Positions 41,443 through 49,721 of a stretch of 64,000 nucleotides of DNA are shown here, in pieces. Under the pieces are notes generated by a model, which searched no databases, was not told where the DNA came from, and saw only the letters and a program-made list of their open reading frames with translations. A program made the position numbers and the translations under genes. Source of the stretch: a virus; the IMG/VR virus record IMGVR_UViG_3300023174_000053, positions 107,028 through 171,027 of that record; one strand, given 5' to 3'. Position 1 is the first letter of the stretch; every line of letters starts with the position of its first letter.

Positions 41443-41784
41443 TTAACGACCTAACTGACGAAGTTTATAATTTTCCGAATTAAGATACTTCAACAGTTCT
41501 AATGCTACTAATTTTGGATTTCCTTCACCACAAGTATAAACATCTATCGCAATACAACCTTTCTCAGGCCATGTATGACAAGAAACGTGACTTTCTGAGA
41601 GTGCAATCACAATTGTAAGACCTTGAGGATGAAAACAGTGCTGAAAAATATTTAAAATTGTCATTCCAGCACGTTGAATGCCACGTTCCATGACTCCCTG
41701 AAGGGCAATACCATCGTTTAGAAGGTTGTGTTCTACGTTATAAACCTCCAAAAGAAGGTGATTGCCCATCGAAAACTGTTTCAA
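41443..41784 (-). CDS. speD: S-adenosylmethionine decarboxylase proenzyme (pyruvoyl-dependent)
   Basis: MG.HLL, HCF.PQG.T, LSESH.S.HTWPE self-cleavage motif, DVYTCG. Confidence 0.9.
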   Translation of the reverse strand: MKQFSMGNHLLLEVYNVEHNLLNDGIALQGVMERGIQRAGMTILNIFQHCFHPQGLTIVIALSESHVSCHTWPEKGCIAIDVYTCGEGNPKLVALELLKYLNSENYKLRQLGR

Positions 41785-41805
41785 TTCAATATCTTTAGTA
41801 AAAAG

Positions 41806-42444
41806 TTATTTATTTTGATTTAAATTTGTAATTTCGTACATGTAATGATCAGATGTTTCGATTTTTCTTTTATTTTCAACCGAATACACTGTTAAATCAA
41901 TTTCATATCCTGGATTTTTGTCGATTCTATTGAATGTCCAGGCATTATCGTACCAAATAATACGATTATTTGGATATGCATAGTAATTTCCAGTTTCCAC
42001 CTTGAATAAATGAGCACATTTATGTTCAGGAGTCTCTGAAAAATTAAGATCAGTGACTCCTTTATTTTCCCATGACCAATCAAGAGTAAACATATAACTT
42101 CCAATCACCTTTCTTCCATCAGGACGAATTAATTCTGCTTGTAATCCAGCAAGACGAGCACGTTTTTGAACATCAACATATGGTGAAAAGCAGTCCCAGT
42201 ACATAATATCCTCTAGAGGTTCTATTTCTGCATCTGATTTCCAACAAAAGGCATGAAGAGGTCTACGAGTCCAATTCACACCATTTTCAAGGAATGCCTC
42301 AAATAAAGGAACTCTTTTTTCAATACTGGCAACGCAATGTACATCACATTTAGTTACTTCACCGTGACCCTGCTTATGATTAAAAAGAAATTCATTACGA
42401 ATATAACAAGACCAATCTGGAAGACTGTGATTTAGATAAGCCAT
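41806..42444 (-). CDS. conserved phage hypothetical protein
   Basis: 212-aa ORF; YIR.EFL, WDCFS, G.YMFTLDW, EHKCAH, G.Y.AYPNNR motifs. Confidence 0.8.
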   Translation of the reverse strand: MAYLNHSLPDWSCYIRNEFLFNHKQGHGEVTKCDVHCVASIEKRVPLFEAFLENGVNWTRRPLHAFCWKSDAEIEPLEDIMYWDCFSPYVDVQKRARLAGLQAELIRPDGRKVIGSYMFTLDWSWENKGVTDLNFSETPEHKCAHLFKVETGNYYAYPNNRIIWYDNAWTFNRIDKNPGYEIDLTVYSVENKRKIETSDHYMYEITNLNQNK

Positions 42445-42447
42445 TAT

Positions 42448-42585
42448 TTACCGTCCTTGCCCTCTATATTTTTTACGTGACGAATTACGACTCGTAGCAC
42501 TATATTTAGTGTTTCTTCCCTCACCTTGACGAGTATTTTTTGGAACACTTGCAATCTGCATATCCTTCCGACTCTTTTGTGCCAT
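42448..42585 (-). CDS. small highly basic protein (45 aa), not in ORF track
   Basis: Manual translation MAQKSRKDMQIASVPKNTRQGEGRNTKYSATSRNSSRKKYRGQGR; GGAG RBS upstream. Confidence 0.75.
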   Translation of the reverse strand: MAQKSRKDMQIASVPKNTRQGEGRNTKYSATSRNSSRKKYRGQGR

Positions 42586-42648
42586 TTTTTAATTCTCCAT
42601 CTAACGGTTTTTATAAGGGGTTTTTATAAGATCTCTCAGGCCATTAAA

Positions 42649-42688
42649 AATGCTCCTATAAGACTTATCAAAACCTCATAGGAGCATT
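42649..42688 (-). terminator. long hairpin with U-tract, overlapping a sigma70-like promoter (TTGACC-N18-TAGAAT, 42686-42715)
   Basis: AATGCTCCTAT ... ATAGGAGCATT 11-bp inverted repeat, followed by TTT on the minus strand. Confidence 0.6.
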
Positions 42689-42736
42689 CTATCATAACGT
42701 CTTAAAGAAGGTCAAGAGAGACCCTCTAAACACTCA

Positions 42737-43489
42737 TCAGATGATTCGTGTCTTCTCGTGTCCAACACGAATCAAAGGATCACACCAAATCTCATATCCT
42801 TGCTCTTTAGCATCCAAACAGAATGAAACATCCTCTCCACACATATCTTGAACCTCTCCAGATTCAAAGACTTGCATCTTCGGTGCAAACCATGGATACT
42901 CAAGACTTTCAAATACTCCTTTCTTAATCAATACCCATCCAAATCCAGTATAGTCAACTGTAAATGGTTTGCGACGCTTACTAATAGAGTCCAAAGTCTC
43001 ATGATTCATTACACCACCAGACTTACGGAAATCATCTTCCTCTAACCAATGTGCAACAGATGTGGTGTGACCATCCTCAGTGCAATACCATCCAGCAGCA
43101 ATATCCTTATCCATTGCAACAAGACGATAGAACTTCTCAGTATCAAATACAATATCACTATCAATCCAGAGTTGATAATCATACTGTAACTTGCCATCCC
43201 AAGGAATCTGCTTGGGTCCTCTGAGTACATTTGCTCCAAGACATTTGCATCGAGCAAAGTTTACCATACTCGAATAATCTTGTGAAATCTGAATACTCGC
43301 ACCACTCTGTACTAAATCAAAACAAAGTTGTACAAAGTTCTTCAAATAAATGTAAGATACTCCTCGTCCTGGAAGACAAAATACAATTGACTTCCCTCGA
43401 ATCATCTCCTTTGCTGCTTCCAAATTAAATTCACCACTACCTGACGAACTCTTCGGTGCTACTGTTTTTACCGTAAATCCTTTAGCCAT
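42737..43489 (-). CDS. glycosyltransferase family 2-like protein
   Basis: QLWIDSDIVF (DxD), YTGFGWVLI, GEDVSFC, VGHEK; GT-A-like pattern. Confidence 0.75.
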   Translation of the reverse strand: MAKGFTVKTVAPKSSSGSGEFNLEAAKEMIRGKSIVFCLPGRGVSYIYLKNFVQLCFDLVQSGASIQISQDYSSMVNFARCKCLGANVLRGPKQIPWDGKLQYDYQLWIDSDIVFDTEKFYRLVAMDKDIAAGWYCTEDGHTTSVAHWLEEDDFRKSGGVMNHETLDSISKRRKPFTVDYTGFGWVLIKKGVFESLEYPWFAPKMQVFESGEVQDMCGEDVSFCLDAKEQGYEIWCDPLIRVGHEKTRII

Positions 43490-43532
43490 AAAAAATAATT
43501 TTTTCGATACTACATTATTTTACCACAGCAAA

Positions 43533-43703
43533 TCATTTATTGCAAATGGTTTCATCCTTATTTAGTTCTACCTGAATATCCTTATCATTTCCCCCAGATG
43601 TCCACACAAGTCCTCTGATTGTTCTCAGATTCTCCTGTAAATCACTCTGCGGCACTTGACTTAATATCTCATTTCCATTGACTGAAATATTATAAGTATT
43701 CAT
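43533..43703 (-). CDS. small hypothetical protein
   Basis: ATG at 43703 with GGAAGAGG upstream (ORF track start 43733). Confidence 0.55.
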   Translation of the reverse strand: MNTYNISVNGNEILSQVPQSDLQENLRTIRGLVWTSGGNDKDIQVELNKDETICNK

Positions 43704-43842
43704 CCTCTTCCACCTTTCGAAGCAAATCTTCAATCTCCTCTCTCAAACTATTATTGATAACTAAAATCTTATCAGTATCTAACCGATGTTGAATTGTATC
43801 AATCAATAAATCTCTCTCATAATCATCAAAATCTATTCTCAT
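43690..43842 (-). CDS. small hypothetical protein (50 aa), not in ORF track
   Basis: Manual translation MRIDFDDYERDLLIDTIQHRLDTDKILVINNSLREEIEDLLRKVEEDEYL. Confidence 0.55.
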   Translation of the reverse strand: MRIDFDDYERDLLIDTIQHRLDTDKILVINNSLREEIEDLLRKVEEDEYL

Positions 43843-44061
43843 TGTTCTCTCAGGGCATTTTTTATTATATATCCTTTTAAATCTTTATACAAAAAAATAT
43901 TTGGGGCAGAATTTTTTTATTTGAAAGACAATTTCGAGCTCGTTTTCGGTCCGTTGTAGGTTAGGGTAGTGTTGCGTTTTTATATACGGGGGGCAACGGT
44001 TTATAATAAGAATACAACAACACAAAATATAACTGTCAAACAGTGCTGTTGTATAAGAATA

Positions 44062-44558
44062 AACGAACAAGTATAATAGTTTATAATCAGTACTGTTTGA
44101 TTCTTAACTCATAATAATGGGGGGTGGGTATAAACAGCACTAAGTTAGATCGTGTATAAACGAAGGAAAACTGTATAAGAATAAAACAATACTGTGTGAT
44201 TGTTATAACGAACTGTAGATCCTGGTTGGGTAAACGAAGATATTTGTAAAATATAAGATAGGGAGACTACAAGTTAGTACACAGAACTGTGTACAACGAA
44301 TAGTATAGCACTGTTTGATTCTTATGTCAAATAAAGTGGGGGTGGGCACAAATCACAAAACTGTTATATTGTTGTGATATAACTGTTATATTGTTGTGCT
44401 ATAAGACGAGCATATACTTATAGTGTGTGTATAACGAAGTGATATAACGAACTGTTATGTATAACGAACTGTTATGTATAACGAAGTCTTATGACGAAGT
44501 GCTATGAATAACGAACAGTTTTCCACAAGTTATAACGAACCCTGTGGAGTATAACGAA
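44062..44558 (+). repeat. 12 co-oriented (T)AACGAA direct repeats (iteron-like)
   Basis: AACGAA at 44062, 44159, 44207, 44233, 44295, 44433, 44446, 44463, 44480, 44510, 44534, 44553. Confidence 0.85.
44302..44330 (-). promoter_or_regulatory. consensus sigma70 promoter TTGACA-N17-TATACT (extended TGn)
   Basis: tgtcaa at 44325-44330 and agtata at 44302-44307. Confidence 0.75.
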
Positions 44559-44729
44559 TAGTTTTCCACAAGTTTTCCACAGGTTTTGAATAGTTTTCCA
44601 CAGGGCAAATCTTATAAACCCTTACAAACACTAAGAATACTCATAAACCTGTGGAAAACTATTATGTGGAAAACTAACGACTTGCCCTATAGAAAACTGT
44701 TGCCTCCTGTGGAAAACTATTTTTCCACA
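44519..44729. promoter_or_regulatory. cluster of 8 perfect DnaA-box-type sequences TTTTCCACA (candidate origin or DnaA-binding locus)
   Basis: + strand: 44519, 44562, 44573, 44594, 44721; - strand (TGTGGAAAA): 44650, 44665, 44708. Confidence 0.75.
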
Positions 44730-44935
44730 AGTATAATAACTATAAACATCAGCAGTTCTTATACTATTCCCTCCCCCCCTACCCTATAAGTCTACCGCGG
44801 AATCACTGAGTCTTACGAGACACTGTGCCAGTTCTCAAAGTGTCCTGCGTCTCATAAGTCTTACGAGTAACTAGCAAAAAACTCCCAAGACTCATAAGAT
44901 GTATGAGTCTCATGGGTTTCATTGTCAATATGCCC

Positions 44936-44995
44936 TGTGCCAGTCCTATAAGTGTCTGTGAGGCACTTGACATTTTTTTGTTCTTATGGTATAAT
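44936..44995 (+). promoter_or_regulatory. perfect sigma70 promoter TTGACA-N17-TATAAT with upstream TGTGCCA-N10 element, on the non-coding strand
   Basis: TTGACA 44967-44972, TGGTATAAT ending 44995, TGTGCCA at 44936. Confidence 0.8.
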
Positions 44996-45209
44996 GCTCG
45001 CTTAGACAACAAGACCCAGAGGCATTTATAAGAGTATAAAGAGGGTATAAGCATCTTTATAATAACCTTTATATAGCACAGTACAAAACACGTAACTATG
45101 TTTTTTAATACATTTAATTTAATTATGATATGTAACGTAATTGTGTTGTAATTGATAATCTATGCTTATGAGCATGAGGAATAGTGTGTGAGAGAGTAGA
45201 GAGATAGAC

Positions 45210-45413
45210 TCAGTATCGCACATTAGATGAAGCAGCAATCAGTTCATTTTGAATATCTAGAACTTCGTATTCATCATCACATGCATCTAAATCTACTGGT
45301 GCAAACTCATTCAGGTTGATTGTATTATCAGTATAGATGGGAGCATAGAATAGTTCATTCTCCTCACCTAACGTATAAACACAACCGTGATCTTCTTTGT
45401 GTAGGATAAGCAT
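45210..45413 (-). CDS. hypothetical acidic protein
   Basis: ORF track 45210..45449; the internal ATG (MLILHKEDHG) is the more plausible start. Confidence 0.6.
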   Translation of the reverse strand: MLILHKEDHGCVYTLGEENELFYAPIYTDNTINLNEFAPVDLDACDDEYEVLDIQNELIAASSNVRY

Positions 45414-45673
45414 GTTAGTTCTTTTGTGAAGTGATGATAGCATGAGCAATTAAAATCAACTCATTTCCATTTTGTGCTTTGGATAAGAGATTGAACTTTT
45501 CTTTCTTTTTCATTTCAGTTTTTTTGAGTGAGTTTAATAGCATCAGTGATAGAAGTAGTCAGATACACACAAGTACCATCTTTATCAACAAGAGCATAAA
45601 CAAGTTGTTGAGTTTTGATGTCGTAGGTGAAACGAGTTGTCATTTGCTTTGTGTTTTGTTTGACTGTCCCCTT

Positions 45674-45702
45674 ATCATAGCACGTTTTGGGGTGGTTGTC
45701 AA
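45674..45702 (-). promoter_or_regulatory. early sigma70 promoter TTGACA-N17-TATGAT
   Basis: tgtcaa 45697-45702, atcata 45674-45679, TGC extension. Confidence 0.8.
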
Positions 45703-45757
45703 GGGGTCTACGGTTCTTCTACCTATCAGCATCCCTGATGGGTATGCTAACCGTTGG

Positions 45758-45967
45758 TTATGTAATGAATTGATGAAAGTCAGGCACCCAGAGGATTTCT
45801 ACTGGTTCTTCGTGATCTTCATGCGTAAAGATTTCTCCCCATTCATAAAAGATTGCTCGGGCATTGTTTCTATGTTTCTTACCTTTCTTGTTAAGAAGTT
45901 TATGAAACCTTTGTTCAATGTGATCAAATGTAATATCCATCTGGTCGTTGAGTTGTTCGTCAGTCAT
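45758..45967 (-). CDS. hypothetical protein
   Basis: 69-aa ORF coupled (TAATG) to the upstream ORF. Confidence 0.65.
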   Translation of the reverse strand: MTDEQLNDQMDITFDHIEQRFHKLLNKKGKKHRNNARAIFYEWGEIFTHEDHEEPVEILWVPDFHQFIT

Positions 45968-46140
45968 TAGATAGAAGCAAATGCAGATTGATCTTGTTTT
46001 TGTGATTTGATCTGTTTATTATAAGCAGACTTGTTCTTTTGATTGAACTGTGAAGGCAATTTTGTTTTACCTTGAACCTCGTTGATAAGAGCAAAACATT
46101 TGATGAGAAATGCTTTTTCTAGTTTTTGTGAGGTTGTCAT
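45967..46140 (-). CDS. 57-aa basic protein, paralog of 48700..48873 (not in ORF track)
   Basis: MTTSQKLEKAFLIKCFALINEVQGKTKLPSQF... Confidence 0.7.
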   Translation of the reverse strand: MTTSQKLEKAFLIKCFALINEVQGKTKLPSQFNQKNKSAYNKQIKSQKQDQSAFASI

Positions 46141-46175
46141 CTGTTTTGTTGTTTGTTTGTTGGTTGTATGTAAGA

Positions 46176-46382
46176 CTAGGAAAGAATGATACGATAATCA
46201 ATAGACTTAATGCACCAACCAGTGGCACAAGTAATTTCTTCTACTAAATCATCTTCATTATCAGCATCCCAGATTTGACCGATTGTGTCATCAATGATTT
46301 GTTCTTGTTTGGAAGGTTGAAGTTCATACTCACCATCATCGGTGGTGAAATCAAACTCAATTTCAGTAACTTGAAACTTCAT
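46176..46382 (-). CDS. acidic hypothetical protein
   Basis: First ORF after the promoter element at 46406-46464; EDDLVEEITCATGWCI. Confidence 0.7.
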   Translation of the reverse strand: MKFQVTEIEFDFTTDDGEYELQPSKQEQIIDDTIGQIWDADNEDDLVEEITCATGWCIKSIDYRIILS

Positions 46383-46497
46383 CGTTTTGTCTTGATTACT
46401 CCGTAATCATAGCACGGATTGAGGGGGTTTGGGGATATAGTGTGCCACCCCTACAAGTGGCACACCGTATCATTGGACTTATGTGAGACAGGTTATA

Positions 46498-47172
46498 CTA
46501 TACACCACACAGAGCACGTTGAGTAGAACCTGATGCTTGACGATTCAAAGAAACACCAGCACCAACATTTGACCCAATAGCAGCACCTTCTCCACTTCCA
46601 CCATTCATTTTACGAGCACGTCCAAATCGCATCGTAGAAAGTTTATCACTCACTGCTTGCTTGTCTTCGTGAACTCGGTTTTCTTCTTTCTTCATTTCAA
46701 ACAAACGCAGTGCTACTTTATCAGCAAATGCTTTGCGGAAATTAAGTTTGAAACTACGAGAAACACTCTTACCAGTTAGGTTAGAAAGAATCTTCTCTGC
46801 TTGATGTGCAACTTCTGCTTCTTTCTCCATCACCTGAACCAGGTAATCATAATAGAGACGCACTTGAATTTGTTGTGCATCACTACCAATGATTTGAAGT
46901 GATTTTTCATCACCATTCTTCATATATGCTTTTGCATCATAAAATGTTGCAATCGCATTGAGAAGAGTGGTAAGTGCATAGTTCGCACGTTTGAAAGTAG
47001 CAAAAGATTCATCAAATACTTGAGTTTCAGTTGCTTCAGTAATCGTAACACCATACTGCTTGCAAAGTTTATCAATCATCTTTGCAGCAGCATCTGCTTC
47101 ACCATCAAAAGAAGTTCCTTCCTGAAGTTTCAGGATAGACTGAATCTTGGAGATGACTTGTGAACGGTCCAT
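46498..47172 (-). CDS. DUF2786-like protein
   Basis: KIQSILKL....F.GEADAAA....KL...Y.V N-terminal signature; true start likely MDRSQ at 47172, downstream of the promoter at 47226. Confidence 0.7.
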   Translation of the reverse strand: MDRSQVISKIQSILKLQEGTSFDGEADAAAKMIDKLCKQYGVTITEATETQVFDESFATFKRANYALTTLLNAIATFYDAKAYMKNGDEKSLQIIGSDAQQIQVRLYYDYLVQVMEKEAEVAHQAEKILSNLTGKSVSRSFKLNFRKAFADKVALRLFEMKKEENRVHEDKQAVSDKLSTMRFGRARKMNGGSGEGAAIGSNVGAGVSLNRQASGSTQRALCGV

Positions 47173-47289
47173 GTTAAAAGAATAAAGATTGAGACTCGGG
47201 TGGGACTTGCTCCCTCCACTCCTTAAGAATACCACATTTTCAGGTCTGTGCCGGTTTACTGTGCCAGAAGGATTAGTGGCACAAAGGAA

Positions 47290-47318
47290 CCTTTAATAAG
47301 GATTTGTCTTATTAAAGG
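47290..47318. terminator. 11-bp hairpin between two palindromic elements
   Basis: CCTTTAATAAG-GATTTGT-CTTATTAAAGG. Confidence 0.5.
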
Positions 47319-47349
47319 ATATGTTCCAGTGCTACAACTGGCACACCGA

Positions 47350-47532
47350 CTATAATTTGATTGCCGATTCCATATTAACTTCACGGTCTTCCATTCTGGC
47401 ATAATCAAAACCTTCATTTACAACCAAATTCTTACGGTAAGCATCAGCAGAAGATTTACAATCAAATAGTTGCAGAGTATCAAACTGTTCTCCTTCAAAA
47501 TCAACACCACCAATCACAGCATAAACTTTCAT
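47350..47532 (-). CDS. hypothetical protein
   Basis: 60-aa ORF in the early operon. Confidence 0.65.
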   Translation of the reverse strand: MKVYAVIGGVDFEGEQFDTLQLFDCKSSADAYRKNLVVNEGFDYARMEDREVNMESAIKL

Positions 47533-47538
47533 AATAAT

Positions 47539-47802
47539 TCAGACAGAAAATGGTTGAACAAAATGGTCTTCCACAAATTGAGGAAGTGTATTGAAATCTA
47601 CAATCTCAAAGGGGATTGAATCATTATTCAAATAAGTTTGAACTTCAAGATTCATCTCAACCCGATTGAGCATCATCTTGGATAATGTCTTTCCTTGAAT
47701 TGTAATAGTTTTGAGAAACCACTCTTTGGATACATTACCAGTCAAGGTTTTGGTGGGATAAAAATCAACCACCGAAGTATTGTCTTGCGATTGGAGTTTC
47801 AT
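47539..47802 (-). CDS. hypothetical protein
   Basis: 87-aa ORF in the early operon. Confidence 0.65.
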   Translation of the reverse strand: MKLQSQDNTSVVDFYPTKTLTGNVSKEWFLKTITIQGKTLSKMMLNRVEMNLEVQTYLNNDSIPFEIVDFNTLPQFVEDHFVQPFSV

Positions 47803-47808
47803 AATGAT

Positions 47809-48228
47809 TCAGAATTGAGTGTCAAACACATAACCATTGCTGTTGAAAACAACATCCAAATTATTGAATGATGCTTCCCAATCAATCTCCAGAAAACCAG
47901 GAAGATCAACAACATAGCAATCACTTACATAACTCTCCGCATAATCTGCTTTGGAATCATATTGACCCCGATAAGAGTCTTGAAAGTTATCACCAACCAA
48001 AGAATAAAGACCAAACTCTTCAATGAAAGCATCTACTGCACCGTAAGAATACTCTTCACCAATTTCAACATAGTTTTGATAATAACTGCGGAAAGATTCT
48101 TCCGAAGTTTCAGCAATGAACTCTACAATATCTTCTAGACAATAAGAATCAGCAATCAGTTCTTCAATTTTATCCACAGTCTCCTGCGAATAAACTTCTT
48201 TGTAATTCATAGTGAAAGGAACAGACAT
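47809..48228 (-). CDS. ArdA-like anti-restriction (DNA-mimic) protein
   Basis: Very acidic; FQDSYRGQYDS.ADYAE......DLP..L.IDWE....L......GYVF resembles the ArdA C-terminal region. Confidence 0.6.
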   Translation of the reverse strand: MSVPFTMNYKEVYSQETVDKIEELIADSYCLEDIVEFIAETSEESFRSYYQNYVEIGEEYSYGAVDAFIEEFGLYSLVGDNFQDSYRGQYDSKADYAESYVSDCYVVDLPGFLEIDWEASFNNLDVVFNSNGYVFDTQF

Positions 48229-48470
48229 CGGTTTTCTTTTGATTACTCCGTAATCATAGCACGGATTGAGGTGGTTTGGGAGTGTTATGTGCCAGTGCTA
48301 CATCTGGCACATTGACCATGCGAGACACATAAGACTGGCACTAGATTCTACACCTTGCCAATCTTCTTCATTAGTTTCATAAATTGATTCCCAATGAATA
48401 GCACAATCCAAATCTTCCAAGAGTTGATTGATTGTGTTTTCTTCAATTTGAATTTCATCAAGAAAAGGAT

Positions 48471-48671
48471 TCATTTGAAAAGTCCAGCAACAATAGCAGC
48501 AATGAGAAGAACACCAATAACAGTCAAACCAATTAGCAAACTAATCCAAATGGGAGACAATACCCACAACCAAGGCCAAGAAATAACGTGAGTGAGTTTT
48601 AGACCAATAAACAATACAGTCAGAGCACCAGTGAAACTAATGCCGGAGGAAGAAGAGGAAGAAGAAGACAT
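48471..48671 (-). CDS. small membrane protein
   Basis: GISF.GALTVLFIGLKLT.VI.W.W.WVLSPIW, two hydrophobic segments. Confidence 0.75.
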   Translation of the reverse strand: MSSSSSSSSGISFTGALTVLFIGLKLTHVISWPWLWVLSPIWISLLIGLTVIGVLLIAAIVAGLFK

Positions 48672-48699
48672 AATAGAAGAAGAAATGAGTTAGTTGAGT

Positions 48700-48873
48700 T
48701 CAAACACGGGAAAAAGCATCTTTCTTTTGCTTGGGATTGTGATTTTGCTTCACCCAAGAAGAACGTTGCTTAGAATGAAACTGCGAAGGAAGTTTGTGCT
48801 TACCTTGAACTTCATTCACCAAAGAAAAAACATTCAAAAGAAATGCTTTTTCCAACTTTTGTGCGGTCGTCAT
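48700..48873 (-). CDS. 57-aa basic protein, paralog of 45967..46140 (not in ORF track)
   Basis: MTTAQKLEKAFLLNVFSLVNEVQGKHKLPSQF...; first ORF after the promoter at 48903. Confidence 0.7.
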   Translation of the reverse strand: MTTAQKLEKAFLLNVFSLVNEVQGKHKLPSQFHSKQRSSWVKQNHNPKQKKDAFSRV

Positions 48874-48976
48874 CAAGTCCGTTCCTTTGCTTGTGTCCTC
48901 TTATTATAGCAGGTTTTGGGGTCTGTGCTCGTTTAGTGTGCCAGTGCTACAAGTGGCACATAGGGTCAATCACTAA

Positions 48977-49243
48977 TCACCAATCGTATGATTTAATATA
49001 AGGTACTACATTAGCATCAGGGTCAAACAATACATAAGCAACATCATTATATTGTTCCTTAACCAATTTCAGCAATTCTACTAAACAAGGCATACTTTCT
49101 TTGATATAATAATCATATATGTCTGGGTCAGTATTTACCAGAGCACAAGTATCACTAGCAATATAAGCAACCTTATCAATCTTTGCTCCTTCTAAAGGAT
49201 GAAGGTGTGCCGTGGATAGTGTGAGGATTTGTGAGAGTTCCAT
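48977..49243 (-). CDS. hypothetical protein
   Basis: L.LSTAHL N-terminus and FDPDA......YDW C-terminus. Confidence 0.7.
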   Translation of the reverse strand: MELSQILTLSTAHLHPLEGAKIDKVAYIASDTCALVNTDPDIYDYYIKESMPCLVELLKLVKEQYNDVAYVLFDPDANVVPYIKSYDW

Positions 49244-49418
49244 TTGAATTAAGAAGGACGTGTGTAAAATTGTTGTTTGTATTCAATCATATAATCTAAC
49301 ATCTCACCAAGATTCTTGCGAACTTGCTCATCACAAGGTCCAGAGTAAGCATAAGCATCATAGAGTTTGGAATACAATTGATTCCACTCTACTTGATTCA
49401 TATTACAATTAGTAAGTT

Positions 49419-49634
49419 TCATTCCCAGTTCCACTCCAATGGATTATCATAAAAAGGCAACCATTGACTATAAGTTCTCGTGATGTCTGCTCTAACTCTG
49501 GTGCGAATATAAACATATTCCCAATCACCTTCAACATCATTCCACAACCAAAGATTTCCATCCTCATCAACATCACCTTGCCCAGGCAAACCATCACTAA
49601 AAAGAACGGGAATTGGTAAAGTCGTAGTGTCCAT
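49419..49634 (-). CDS. hypothetical protein
   Basis: ORF track 49419..49688; likely start MDTTT, downstream of the promoter at 49659. Confidence 0.55.
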   Translation of the reverse strand: MDTTTLPIPVLFSDGLPGQGDVDEDGNLWLWNDVEGDWEYVYIRTRVRADITRTYSQWLPFYDNPLEWNWE

Positions 49635-49721
49635 TGGTTTGGTTGCTTGTGTCCTTTTATTATAGCAGGTTTTGGGGTCGGTGCTCATTTACTGTGCCAC
49701 CTCTACAAGTGGCACACAGGG

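Noticed and set aside
44062-44729. Mini-CRISPR in the control region
   Set aside because: Repeats are only 6-12 nt and irregularly spaced.
43885-45054. ORFs 43885..44070, 44586..44789 and 44803..45054
   Set aside because: No RBS, atypical composition, and they run across repeat and promoter motifs; probably chance ORFs.
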